DNA of 64,000 nucleotides from Alphaproteobacteria bacterium (GCA_017480385.1 JAFVAT010000026.1:13113-77112); one strand, 5' to 3'. Positions 1 through 9,563 are shown, counted from the first letter of the stretch. Notes: generated by a model from the sequence alone, not told the origin. Numbers and translations are program-made.

Positions 1-62
1 CGACTGAGCCTGTTTCTTGCCCGAACGGATCGACCAAGTCCGGCTGCTGCTGTGTTTATTAA
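1..62 (+). CDS. 3' end of a Cys-rich protein truncated by the window edge (…TEPVSCPNGSTKSGCCCVY*)
   Basis: The frame starting at nt 3 is open to TAA at 60-62. It ends in CCC like the next gene, and its stop abuts that gene's RBS. Confidence 0.6.
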   Translation, partial: TEPVSCPNGSTKSGCCCVY

Positions 63-76
63 AGGAGGTACTGATC

Positions 77-415
77 ATGAAAAAATATTTGGCATTCTTG
101 TTTATCCTGTGCAGCTCGGTTTCTTTCACGACAAATGCGGAAACTGTATCAGCTAAAGACTCTTTTCAAATAGCCAAAGCCTTTAAATTAGGACGTGACA
201 TACCGACAAGTTCATTACTGATACATTCACGTTCGTCATCCGACAGATCCAACAGCTGCCCGACAAGCTGCTCCAAGTGTACCGGCAGAATATGTTCTGT
301 GTGCAACAACGGATACTATTTGAAAAACAACCGTTGCCTTTCCTACTGCTCCGGCGTCACCTGCACCAACGGTGGGAAAGCCGTCGCTTCCGCCAATAAG
401 TGCTGCTGTGAATAG
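77..415 (+). CDS. Small secreted Cys-rich protein (CxxC motifs, C-terminal CCC)
   Basis: AAGGAGG RBS at 62-68 and ATG at 77. Signal peptide MKKYLAFLFILCSSVSFTTNA; CPTSCSKCTGRICSVCNNGYYLKNNRC…KCCCE. Confidence 0.8.
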   Translation: MKKYLAFLFILCSSVSFTTNAETVSAKDSFQIAKAFKLGRDIPTSSLLIHSRSSSDRSNSCPTSCSKCTGRICSVCNNGYYLKNNRCLSYCSGVTCTNGGKAVASANKCCCE

Positions 416-419
416 GCTC

Positions 420-645
420 TGTTCGATGCAGCGGCGAATAATGACGCCCTGTCGCGGCAAAACCGCAAACAAGGCTCTGTCAAACAAAATACGCCGCCGC
501 TGACTTTACCTTTTGCAGAAGGGGAATATCCCTCCTTTTTCCCCTTCTGTTTATGCAGGCACTCCCCGTACCTGCAAGCCGAACCGGTCAAGCACTGGAT
601 CCGCTTGACCGGTTCTTTGGTCTGTTGACGCAGAAGCATCAAATA
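420..645 (-). ncRNA. Candidate structured non-coding RNA or palindromic element (family unknown)
   Basis: Four hairpins (429-502, 516-549, 554-576, 581-615) enclosed by a terminal stem 420-428/637-645. Several plus-strand mismatches become G-U pairs on the minus strand. Confidence 0.35.
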
Positions 646-895
646 CAAACACCGTGGTTGGTTCTTGTTTTGCTTTTTTCTTTATGAAAAATCTCTCCCG
701 CTGATCGGACATTCGCCGCGTTTTTAACCAGTCACTATCGCCGGAGTTTTAGAAAAAAAACAGTTTGATCGTCCGGCAACATTCCGACGAAACATTTACA
801 AGAAAAACAGCCGCCATTTTTCAGCCAAATCACTTAGATCCTTCAGACATTTTCGTTATCCGGAAATTATGTCGGCAGCGTAAAAAAATATCATG

Positions 896-1696
896 TTAAA
901 CGGACGGGGCTTTTTTCTTCTTTTTCTTAAAAAACCACTTCTTTTTACGCTTTTTTTCGTTGTCGTTTTGACCGAACATCAGCTCTTTTAACATCAGATA
1001 ATTTTTCTTGTTCTTGATTTTCCCTTTGACATAATCGAAAGGAAGTTTTCCCGAAGCATCTTTTGTTTTAATATCCGCTCCGGCTTCAATCAGACAGCGA
1101 ATAATTCCTATCGCCGGAGCATTCGCCGAAACCGCTTCTATCAGAGCCGACCGGCCATTATTATCCTGTATTTTGATATCGGCCCCAGCTTTAATCAATG
1201 ATTGAACAATCCCCTGATTATTGCTTTGAACCGCCTGCATCAAGGCTGTTCGTCCGGCTTGGTCCTGATCATTCAAATGAACGTTCAAGCCAATCAAAAT
1301 ATCGCTTAAAACCTGATTATTATGTTCCGCCGCCAGCATAAGAGCCGTTCTGCCGTTTTGATCCTTTGCATTAATATCAGCGCCCGCGTTAATAAATGAT
1401 CTGAGCATATCGGAAGACATTTTATCTGCAGCTGCCGTCATCAATACAGTTTGCCCCTGTTCATTGCGAATATTTACGTCGGCCCCAGCTTTGACCAACG
1501 TTTTTATAATGTCCAGCTTATTTTCTTTAGTCAAAGCCCATGTCAAAGCAGCATGGACATCGGTGCCGGCACCAATATATACGGCGACAAGTCCCAGATT
1601 TTTGCGCTTGGCGGCTTCCATTAAAGCTGAAAAATCTTTGATTAAATCCGCGCTTTCCCTTTCAAGCTCAAGATCCTCTTCTTCGTCGTCCCACAT
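896..1696 (-). CDS. Ankyrin repeat protein with acidic N-terminus and polybasic C-terminus
   Basis: Repeated GADxNxxDxxGxTALMxA ankyrin motifs; ends KKRKKKWFFKKKKKKAPSV. Confidence 0.9.
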   Translation of the reverse strand: MWDDEEEDLELERESADLIKDFSALMEAAKRKNLGLVAVYIGAGTDVHAALTWALTKENKLDIIKTLVKAGADVNIRNEQGQTVLMTAAADKMSSDMLRSFINAGADINAKDQNGRTALMLAAEHNNQVLSDILIGLNVHLNDQDQAGRTALMQAVQSNNQGIVQSLIKAGADIKIQDNNGRSALIEAVSANAPAIGIIRCLIEAGADIKTKDASGKLPFDYVKGKIKNKKNYLMLKELMFGQNDNEKKRKKKWFFKKKKKKAPSV

Positions 1697-1707
1697 AATC
1701 CCGCTCT

Positions 1708-3744
1708 TTATTTCTTTTTCTTCGGCATCGGCAATGGGGCAACAGTCACTTTTTCAGGGAACATGTCAATCTGGCGAACATTTTGGTAATCTTTGCACTC
1801 GCCGGAACCGTCACAGCGCTGAATAACCGTAACACGGGAATCCGGCTCGGCTCCGCGCATATCCAATATCGTTTTATAGCCGCGCATAACCTGAACGGTA
1901 ATAAAGATATAAGCGCTCATCTTCCGCTTGTTCCGGGCAACAACTTTAATTTCATAAATTCCTTCAGATGTTGCGGGCGGCTTGCCAGACAACGTAATTG
2001 TTTTGGAATCAAAGAACAGCCAAGGCAATAACGGACTGCCGTCACGCATTGTTGCCGTATAAGACACCTCATGCCCTAAATCAGCCTCGGCAAAAGTCGT
2101 CGGAGGAATAATCATTACAAAACGATTGTCCTCTGTCACCCGCTGCATTGGCAGGTTTGCATTGATATAAACCGGAGGACGGCGCATCGGCACAGGCGGC
2201 AAACGCGGATAATCTTCGTTTGTAAAACGTCCCATATCCCACGCGGTCATGACGCGTTCCAAAGCTCTGGAAATTGTTCCCAAATCGTTCGAAGCGAAAT
2301 CTGCCGGCAGAGGATCCAGCCCTAAAGTAACAAAGACATAGCCGGTTGCATCTTGCAATTCAGCCCAATTCATGGCCGATCTTAATTTAGCAAATAAAGC
2401 TCTGGCCGCCGAAGAAACTTTTTCAGCCTCGGCCAAAACATCATCTTTGGCTTTTTCCGAAGCTCGCTGTGCCAGCTTTTCAGCCACATCAGCGATTTCG
2501 ACACTTAATTGATATGTTTCTTTAGCCCCCTGATACCGTCCCCAACCGATATGCGTCTGTGTCAAAACAGCCATAGCCATTACCTGACGGTTCAAATTAT
2601 CAACGGCTTCCTTGACCTCTCCATATGCCAAAGTCCTTTGCATTCTGGCCGGATTTAACAAATTCCACCCCAATTGAGCCGCCGCCTGCAGCCATGAGTT
2701 ATTGGATAAAAAGTCATCGCTGTCATAATTTGCGGAAACAGAAACATTAATGCCGGGCAACAGTTTCAGCAAAGCCTTCTTAGCCGCTAAACGCGTATTC
2801 TGCAGCTTATAGTCCTCTTCGCGCAGTTCAGGCCGATTCATCAAAGCCAGCCATTCCAACCGATCCAAATTCGACCGAATTTCCGGTAAAACAAAATTAC
2901 CGTTTTCCGATCCGACCAAACGGTACCGCGTTCCGGGCTTTAGATTCATCAGCGCGGCCAAGTTTTCGCGCGCCAGAAGCAATTCTTTTTTCATTTCGCT
3001 CAGATCGCGCATTGTTTCCATCAGCCCCATTTGATAATTCAGCAGGACGGAAGCATTTGCGTTCTTTCCATTCCCCAATGCCCGCAAATTTTCAAGCACA
3101 AAGGTTGCTTCCTCCATCAATTCATCGATTTCCGGAGCCAGTCGTTCAGCGGCCAAGGCACGCCAATAAGCCGCACGCACGTCCTGCAACAACGATTGGA
3201 CCTGTTTGCGCCGCTGTTCTTTCGCAATTAAAATTTTATTAGCATCTTGTTTTGCCTGATAATAGCTGGCGCCGAAATCCAAGATATTCCAGCTGATCTG
3301 AGCATTGGCAACCCCGTGAGATTTAGCGCTGTACGATTTTGCTTCGGACATAACGCCCGTCTGCATCGACTTTGAAACGACAGCTTCATAATTGCTGCGG
3401 GCCGAATAACCGGCACTGGCAGACACTTGCGGCAGCATGTCTATGGAAGACAGATCATATTGCTTTGCAGACAGAGCCGTCTCCATCATTTTCAAACGCG
3501 CATTCAGGTTATACTTCAAAGCGCGCGCCATAGCATCATACAAGGAAATCGGCGCTGTAATCTTGTTCGAGCGCTGATCCTGAAACATTTCCTGAATATC
3601 CTGATCCACCCGAACAGCGCGCTCCCAATCGCTGAGAGGCTCCGGTTCAACCGAACAGGCAGCAATTAGCACGCTGGCAGCCGATATCGTCAAAAAGGAC
3701 GTTGTTTTCCAAATTTTCTTTTGAAGTAAAAACTCTTTTTTCAT
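1708..3744 (-). CDS. TolC-family outer membrane lipoprotein fused to a C-terminal dystroglycan-type cadherin/putative Ig-like domain
   Basis: Lipobox LIAAC; ISLYDAMARALKYNL and LP-x-V/I-x-x-S-A repeats of the OEP family; C-terminal DGSPLLPWLFFDSKTITLSGKP…YEIKVVA. Confidence 0.8.
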   Translation of the reverse strand: MKKEFLLQKKIWKTTSFLTISAASVLIAACSVEPEPLSDWERAVRVDQDIQEMFQDQRSNKITAPISLYDAMARALKYNLNARLKMMETALSAKQYDLSSIDMLPQVSASAGYSARSNYEAVVSKSMQTGVMSEAKSYSAKSHGVANAQISWNILDFGASYYQAKQDANKILIAKEQRRKQVQSLLQDVRAAYWRALAAERLAPEIDELMEEATFVLENLRALGNGKNANASVLLNYQMGLMETMRDLSEMKKELLLARENLAALMNLKPGTRYRLVGSENGNFVLPEIRSNLDRLEWLALMNRPELREEDYKLQNTRLAAKKALLKLLPGINVSVSANYDSDDFLSNNSWLQAAAQLGWNLLNPARMQRTLAYGEVKEAVDNLNRQVMAMAVLTQTHIGWGRYQGAKETYQLSVEIADVAEKLAQRASEKAKDDVLAEAEKVSSAARALFAKLRSAMNWAELQDATGYVFVTLGLDPLPADFASNDLGTISRALERVMTAWDMGRFTNEDYPRLPPVPMRRPPVYINANLPMQRVTEDNRFVMIIPPTTFAEADLGHEVSYTATMRDGSPLLPWLFFDSKTITLSGKPPATSEGIYEIKVVARNKRKMSAYIFITVQVMRGYKTILDMRGAEPDSRVTVIQRCDGSGECKDYQNVRQIDMFPEKVTVAPLPMPKKKK

Positions 3745-4724
3745 TTGACGCCCTTTGTTTTATCGCCCTTCAGTTTTTTTTGCAGTCTTTTTATCAAAGC
3801 CTTCTTTTGCGCGGAAAGACTATTTTCTTGAATTTGATCAGTTTTTTCATCTCTGTCAAGCAAAGAGAGGGAACGGCGCGTATTTTCGGCCTTTTCCCCT
3901 TTAGGATAGGCGTCATCATACATCAGCATATCAACGCCCGTAGACAAATCCAGCATATCGTTAAACAGCAAAGACCAAAGCATTTCATCAATTTCGCGCA
4001 CGCCCTGCATATTTTTTGTTTCCGGAGCATAAATATCCTGCGCTTTTTCCAAAACGGAATCCGGCAAAAAAGCTTCCTTTGTTTCCGTTATAATGCGCCG
4101 TTCCTGACGGTCTGTTCCTTCAAAAAATTCTTCCAAAACGGACAGATCCAAATCTATCAGAGCCGTTTCCTGCAATGCATTAATAAAGGCCTGCGTTTCC
4201 AAAAGCTGCCGGATTAAACGATCCGTTTCGCCCTGTGCCGCATCAAGCTGCCGGTTCGCATAATCGGCATCAGCCTTTTCAAGATCGAAAGAAGCCGTAT
4301 TGTCCGCTTCCGCAACAATCGGCACGATATCACTTAGCAGATCAGCTGCGATCCTATTTTCAGCCTTTTGGTCTTCAATAACAATTGTTTGAAAATTCCA
4401 CTGTTCATCAGCTGCCTCATATTGCTCAACAGCTTTCAGCTGCCGTTCCTCCAACGTTTCGGGCAGAACAGCGTCCAGCAGTGCCCGCCGAAACTCTTCG
4501 GAAGACGAATCCATCTGCCACACTTGAGGAACAGGATTGTTTTGCAAAAAAGGACGGTCGGCTGTTTTATCCAAAGAATATGCATTGCGTGCCGGATTTA
4601 AAAAAGAATCGGCAGAAGCCTCTCCCTGCCCTATCACACAAAAAAGCAGAGCGGCTGCCGACAAACATAACGTTTGAGTACATTTCCTTTTATTCAAACC
4701 GGACAACACCTTAAAAAAAATCAT
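3741..4724 (-). CDS. Hypothetical exported protein
   Basis: 327-aa ORF with an N-terminal hydrophobic segment and an ATGA overlap with the TolC gene. Confidence 0.6.
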   Translation of the reverse strand: MIFFKVLSGLNKRKCTQTLCLSAAALLFCVIGQGEASADSFLNPARNAYSLDKTADRPFLQNNPVPQVWQMDSSSEEFRRALLDAVLPETLEERQLKAVEQYEAADEQWNFQTIVIEDQKAENRIAADLLSDIVPIVAEADNTASFDLEKADADYANRQLDAAQGETDRLIRQLLETQAFINALQETALIDLDLSVLEEFFEGTDRQERRIITETKEAFLPDSVLEKAQDIYAPETKNMQGVREIDEMLWSLLFNDMLDLSTGVDMLMYDDAYPKGEKAENTRRSLSLLDRDEKTDQIQENSLSAQKKALIKRLQKKLKGDKTKGVK

Positions 4725-4808
4725 TCAGCTGAAAATATTTTTTCAGATAAATGCTAAAAAAAGGTATAAAGAACAATGAATTTTGATTCTTTTGCAAAGG
4801 AGCTTTTT

Positions 4809-6008
4809 ATGGCAGAAACCGCCCCCAGAGGCGAACGGCTGAATATCGGCCTGTTTGGCAGACGAAACGTCGGGAAATCATCACTTTTAAATGCCTTATG
4901 CGGGCAGCAAATTTCTATCGTATCAGACACGGCGGGAACAACAACGGATGCCGTTTCAAAAATTTACGAATTGATCCCCGTCGGCCCCGTTACTTTTTTT
5001 GATACGGCGGGCATTGACGACACCGGCGACATCGGCAAGCTGCGTATTGCTGCCACACGGAAAATCATTAACAAAGTGGATATCGCGTTGCTGATCACTG
5101 ATGAAAAAGGGATCGGAGAATACGAAAATGCTTTGATGAAAACATTTGCCGATTTGAAAGTTCCCTTTATTCTGGTTTTCAACAAAAGCGATCTGGCTTC
5201 CGCTTTGCCGGACACCGCGGCATTTACATGCCCTTTCATATGCGTTTGCGCCACAAACGGCAAAAACATCGAAACACTGAAGTTGCTGATTAAAGATACC
5301 GTGCCTGATCATTTGAAAAATGCGCCGGCATTAGTGCGCGATTTAATTCAACCAGAGCAAACGATCGTTTGTGTAACACCGATTGATGCCTCGGCCCCCA
5401 AGGGACGTTTGATTTTGCCGCAGGTTCAAGTCATTCGCGACATATTGGACGCGAATGCTTATGCATACGTCATTCAAAACGATCGGGATTTTCTTAAAAT
5501 TCTGCCGAATCTGAAAACACCTCCGGCCTTGGTCATTACGGATTCACAATTGATCCATCAGCTCAATGCTGCAGTACCGCCCGAAATAGCCCTGACAACC
5601 TTTTCAACATTGTTTGCCCGTTATAAAGGCGATTTGAAACAGCTTTACGAAGGGGCGGCTCAATTGAGCAAACTGAAAAAAAATGATCGTGTCCTCATTG
5701 CCGAAGCCTGTTCTCACCACGTTCAGGACGATGATATTGCCCGCGTTAAAATGCCGGCCTTGATCAAAAAGGCTTTAAACAAGGATATCCATTTTGAATG
5801 GGCCGCAGGTAGCGATTTTCCAGCAGATCTGCATCAATTCAAAGTCGTCATTCATTGCGGCGGTTGCATGCTGTCAAGACTGGAAACACTGCGCCGCCTG
5901 AATGAATGTACGCGCAATGGCGTTCCTGTCACGAATTTCGGCATGGCGTTATCCGCCATGCAAGGCGTTTTAGAACGCGTTGTTCAGCCTTTCGGATTAA
6001 ATCGATGA
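4809..6008 (+). CDS. hydF: [FeFe]-hydrogenase H-cluster maturation GTPase HydF
   Basis: GRRNVGKSS, DTAG and NKSD GTPase motifs; APKGRLILPQVQ; Fe-S motif EACSHH…HCGGC. AAGGAG precedes ATG 4809. Confidence 0.95.
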   Translation: MAETAPRGERLNIGLFGRRNVGKSSLLNALCGQQISIVSDTAGTTTDAVSKIYELIPVGPVTFFDTAGIDDTGDIGKLRIAATRKIINKVDIALLITDEKGIGEYENALMKTFADLKVPFILVFNKSDLASALPDTAAFTCPFICVCATNGKNIETLKLLIKDTVPDHLKNAPALVRDLIQPEQTIVCVTPIDASAPKGRLILPQVQVIRDILDANAYAYVIQNDRDFLKILPNLKTPPALVITDSQLIHQLNAAVPPEIALTTFSTLFARYKGDLKQLYEGAAQLSKLKKNDRVLIAEACSHHVQDDDIARVKMPALIKKALNKDIHFEWAAGSDFPADLHQFKVVIHCGGCMLSRLETLRRLNECTRNGVPVTNFGMALSAMQGVLERVVQPFGLNR

Positions 6009-6274
6009 AAAAATTCTGTTTTATACTTTGCCTGCTTTGCACGGCTTCCTGCACCGAATTATTTCATAAGGAAGAGGCACCCTTTTATGAGAAAACCTAC
6101 GCTTTGCCGACAGAGGCGCGCGCCTGGGCGGCCAAAGCACCGCTGAAAGATTTGTGTCAGGGGACAAAAAACTGGCGTCATGAATATATTCGTGAAGCTG
6201 CCCTCAATGAAATTAAAGCACGCGACATTGATACCAGAGAATGCTATTATACCGGTATGGAATTAACCCCGTAA
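6005..6274 (+). CDS. Small hypothetical lipoprotein
   Basis: ATGA overlap with hydF; MKKFCFILCLLCTASC lipobox-like start. Confidence 0.7.
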   Translation: MKKFCFILCLLCTASCTELFHKEEAPFYEKTYALPTEARAWAAKAPLKDLCQGTKNWRHEYIREAALNEIKARDIDTRECYYTGMELTP

Positions 6275-6284
6275 GGAGGAAGGA

Positions 6285-6524
6285 ATGTCTTGGTTGGAAG
6301 AAGCTCAGCAAAAAATCAAACAAAAACAAGAAACAGCTGCCGATACTTTTGATCCGAATGAAACAGAGCAGCGCGAACGGTTAATCAGACAGCTGAAAAT
6401 GCTGTACGACAATACAACAGAACGTGAAATCAACAAGGCTGTTGATGAGGCTTTGGACAGATTTGCCCCACCGTATGAAGAAAAGGGGTTCATGGATTTT
6501 CTCAGAGTAAAATTAGAGGACTGA
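6285..6524 (+). CDS. Hypothetical protein
   Basis: Strong RBS AAGGAGGAAGG and tight operon spacing. Confidence 0.7.
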   Translation: MSWLEEAQQKIKQKQETAADTFDPNETEQRERLIRQLKMLYDNTTEREINKAVDEALDRFAPPYEEKGFMDFLRVKLED

Positions 6525-6526
6525 TT

Positions 6527-7213
6527 ATGCAGGAAATTGTTACCGAAAAACTCAATCAGGCCCGTATTTTGAAAAGAAAATTCAAGCTGAACGAAACCAT
6601 TTCCGTTTTGAAAGAATGCCTTGAAATTGATCCGTCGTGTTTGATCGCGGCGGCCCAAGCGGGGTTATGTCTGCTGTTATTGGGCCGACCGGAAGAAGCC
6701 GAGCCTTTTTTCAAAAAAACTTTTGAAGAAACGCAAAAAACAGACTTATCCGTCGGCGCTTATCTGGCCGCCTGCTTAACGGCTGAGGGGAAAGAAAACG
6801 CCGCGGAAAACGTTCTGGCGGACATTCAAAAAAACTTTTCCGCAGCGGAGACCTTCATGTTAGCGGCAGAAATGCTGTCAGAAAAAAAGCAACATGACAA
6901 GGCCGTACGCCTTATTGATTCTTTGTCTGTTCATTTCGCACAAGATCCCTTCTTCAGCCGCTCTGTCAACCATTATCGCATGATCCGCGTGCTGGCGCAT
7001 GCCGGATTGGCGGATATTGCCGGTCAACTGGCAGAGACCTTGTCTGAAAATGATCCCGACAGCTGGGAAGCTTTAGCCTCCAGAGCTTCTGTCGCCATTG
7101 CCGAAGGAAAATATGACGAGGCCTACTCCTTGACCGTTCAAGCTTTGCAAAACGGCGGCGCGTCCTATCCATTATTGGCGGCACAGCAGCATTGGCTGGC
7201 CATGAACAAATAA
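6527..7213 (+). CDS. TPR-like repeat protein
   Basis: Helical repeats such as AGLCLLLLGRPEEAEPFF and ASVAIAEGKYDEAY. Confidence 0.7.
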   Translation: MQEIVTEKLNQARILKRKFKLNETISVLKECLEIDPSCLIAAAQAGLCLLLLGRPEEAEPFFKKTFEETQKTDLSVGAYLAACLTAEGKENAAENVLADIQKNFSAAETFMLAAEMLSEKKQHDKAVRLIDSLSVHFAQDPFFSRSVNHYRMIRVLAHAGLADIAGQLAETLSENDPDSWEALASRASVAIAEGKYDEAYSLTVQALQNGGASYPLLAAQQHWLAMNK

Positions 7214-7486
7214 GAGTAAATCTTGCCGTTTCTGCCGTACCGGCACGGCTACCGGTTTCTTTTTGATCTGCAGCCAGACATCAGAGCTTTTCGCTCTCGA
7301 ACTGGGGAGAGGTGCAACAGCGGCTCAAAGATTATTCGGCTTCCTTCATATTCCTCGCTTTGCCGCCGTTTGACTTCATGCTTCAAACGTCTTATCCGTT
7401 TTTTGTCTTTTTCAGACAGCATTTCAAATATTCCGCAGCGGATTTCCCGAACAGATGCAGCCCACCCCTTAATAAAAATACAAAAA

Positions 7487-8242
7487 TCAGAAAACAAAGG
7501 GATTGCTTGACAAAAAGGGCTGATCCGTCATCTCAATACTGACCGGCGTAACGGAAATAAAGCCGTTTTGAACAGCGTAAGTATCCGATTCCTGTTCGAT
7601 TTTGCCCCTTCGTAAATATCCGATCTGAAAGGTCGTGCTTTGGTCCGTTTGTTCAATCACATGAAGATCATCACCGATCTTGCGTGAACTAAGAGATGTA
7701 AGCCGAATACCCGCAATTTCCAGAGCTGAACGTTGCGGGAAATTAACATTTAAAAAAGTCCGTCGGGGCCATTCAATCCCGACCGTTTTTTCAACAATTT
7801 TCGGCAGCATTTCCTCAACCGCCGGCCAATACGCGGAACCATTCTTCGCACCGTACAAGCTGAATGCAAATGATTTAATTCCTTGAAGCGTTCCTTCAAT
7901 TGCCGCCCCCGTTGTGCCAGAATAAATCACATCAAACCCTAAATTCGATCCGTGATTAATGCCTGAAAAAATCAAATCAGGTTTATGTTCCCTAAACAGC
8001 ACGTTGCACGCAAAAAGCATACAGTCGGTCGGAGTTCCATTAACTGTAAAGTGATGGTTATCAATTTTATTGAAAACCAAAGCCCCTTTTGCCGTAAAAG
8101 AATGGGCTCTGCCGCTTTGTTCCGCAGCCGGCGCAACAACCCAAACATCTTCGGACAAACGAAGGGCGGCTCGTTCCAGCACATGAATCCCTTCCGCATT
8201 GATGCCGTCATCGTTGCAAATCAGGATTCTGGACTGTTTCAA
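7487..8242 (-). CDS. surE: 5'/3'-nucleotidase SurE
   Basis: ILICNDDG, VVAPAAEQSG, GTPTDC, SGINHGSN and YSGT motifs; follows serS. Confidence 0.95.
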   Translation of the reverse strand: MKQSRILICNDDGINAEGIHVLERAALRLSEDVWVVAPAAEQSGRAHSFTAKGALVFNKIDNHHFTVNGTPTDCMLFACNVLFREHKPDLIFSGINHGSNLGFDVIYSGTTGAAIEGTLQGIKSFAFSLYGAKNGSAYWPAVEEMLPKIVEKTVGIEWPRRTFLNVNFPQRSALEIAGIRLTSLSSRKIGDDLHVIEQTDQSTTFQIGYLRRGKIEQESDTYAVQNGFISVTPVSIEMTDQPFLSSNPFVF

Positions 8243-8258
8243 ACCGCCCTCACCTTAA

Positions 8259-9536
8259 CTACTTTTTAGCGGAAATAACCGTCTGTCCGCCCATGTATTT
8301 TTGCAAGGCTTCCGGAATCTGAATGGAGCCGTCAGCCTGCTGATAATTTTCCATAACAGCAATTAACGCACGGCCAACCGCTACGCCGGACCCGTTCAGC
8401 GTATGCACAAAACGCGTTCCTTTTTGTGCCTTATTCTTGCAGCGCGCATCCATGCGGCGGGCTTGGAAATCCCAGCAGTTGGAAACGCTGGAAATCTCGC
8501 GGTACTTATTCTGACCGGGCATCCAAACTTCCAAATCGTGCGTTTTGCGCGATGAAAAGCCCATATCGCCGGCAGACAGGCACATGACACGATACGGCAG
8601 GTTCAACCCTTTTAAAACATCTTCAGCCGCACTGGTCATATGTTCGTGTTCTTCCCAAGACTTTTCAGGCGTCGTAATGCTGACCATTTCCACTTTGTAG
8701 AACTGATGCTGACGGATCATGCCGCGCGTATCCTTTCCGGCGGCACCGGCCTCCGACCTGAAGCACGGCGTTAAAGCCGTCAAACGCAGCGGCAAAATAT
8801 CTTCGTCCAAAGCCTTGCCCGCCGCAAAATTCGTCAGGCTGACTTCCGCTGTCGGGATCAGCCAATAATCGTCCGTCGTCCGATATAAATCTTCCGCAAA
8901 TTTCGGCAGCTGAGCCGTGCCGTAAACCGCGCTGCTGTTCACCATTAACGGAACGTCCATTTCGGTATAGCCGTGCTTTTCACGGTGCAGATCCAGCATA
9001 TACTGCGCCAAAGCCCGTTCCAAACGCGCCAAATCACCCATTAAATAAACAAAGCGGGCGCCGGAGACCTTTGCCGCCTGATCAAAGTCCATCATGCCCA
9101 GCTTAGCGCCGATTTCATCATGTTCCAAAGGCTTGAAATCAAACGTGCGCGGTTCTCCCCAACGGCGAATTTCACGATTGGTCGTTTCATCTAAACCGTC
9201 GGGAATATCATCTGCAGGACGGTTCGGCAATGTTTCCAGAACAGCATCAATCTGTTCGTATAAAGAGCGCACATCTTCTTCCGCATCGGCCATGCTGCGT
9301 TTCAAAGCGCCGACTTCGTGCATCAAAACATCTGCATCGCCGCCGTTTCTTTTAACTTCCGCAACCTGACGGGACAAGTCATTGCGGCGGGACTGCATTT
9401 CCTGCAAATCCGTTTGGGCCGCCCGGTATTTCTTATCTAACTCTAAAACTTCAGCAGAACGCGGCTTTACTCCGCGGCGTTCCAATCCTTGATCGAACAG
9501 TTCGGGATTCTCCCTGATCCATTTAATGTCGTACAT
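8259..9536 (-). CDS. serS: Serine--tRNA ligase
   Basis: LIPTAEV, FRSEAG, RQHQF, YREISS and HTLNGSG motifs. Confidence 0.98.
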   Translation of the reverse strand: MYDIKWIRENPELFDQGLERRGVKPRSAEVLELDKKYRAAQTDLQEMQSRRNDLSRQVAEVKRNGGDADVLMHEVGALKRSMADAEEDVRSLYEQIDAVLETLPNRPADDIPDGLDETTNREIRRWGEPRTFDFKPLEHDEIGAKLGMMDFDQAAKVSGARFVYLMGDLARLERALAQYMLDLHREKHGYTEMDVPLMVNSSAVYGTAQLPKFAEDLYRTTDDYWLIPTAEVSLTNFAAGKALDEDILPLRLTALTPCFRSEAGAAGKDTRGMIRQHQFYKVEMVSITTPEKSWEEHEHMTSAAEDVLKGLNLPYRVMCLSAGDMGFSSRKTHDLEVWMPGQNKYREISSVSNCWDFQARRMDARCKNKAQKGTRFVHTLNGSGVAVGRALIAVMENYQQADGSIQIPEALQKYMGGQTVISAKK

Positions 9537-9563
9537 AGTGACTCCTCACGAAACAAAATTTAC

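Noticed and set aside
17-76. ORF-track N-terminal extension of the first gene (TTG at 17)
   Set aside because: The RBS at 62-68 and the signal peptide point to ATG 77, and nt 3-62 is better explained as the end of an upstream gene in another frame.
343-648. 101-aa minus-strand ORF over the hairpin region
   Set aside because: No recognisable motifs, it overlaps the Cys-rich gene, and the region is better explained by secondary structure.
7249-7497. Short basic ORF downstream of surE
   Set aside because: No clear RBS or family motif; cannot be supported as a gene.
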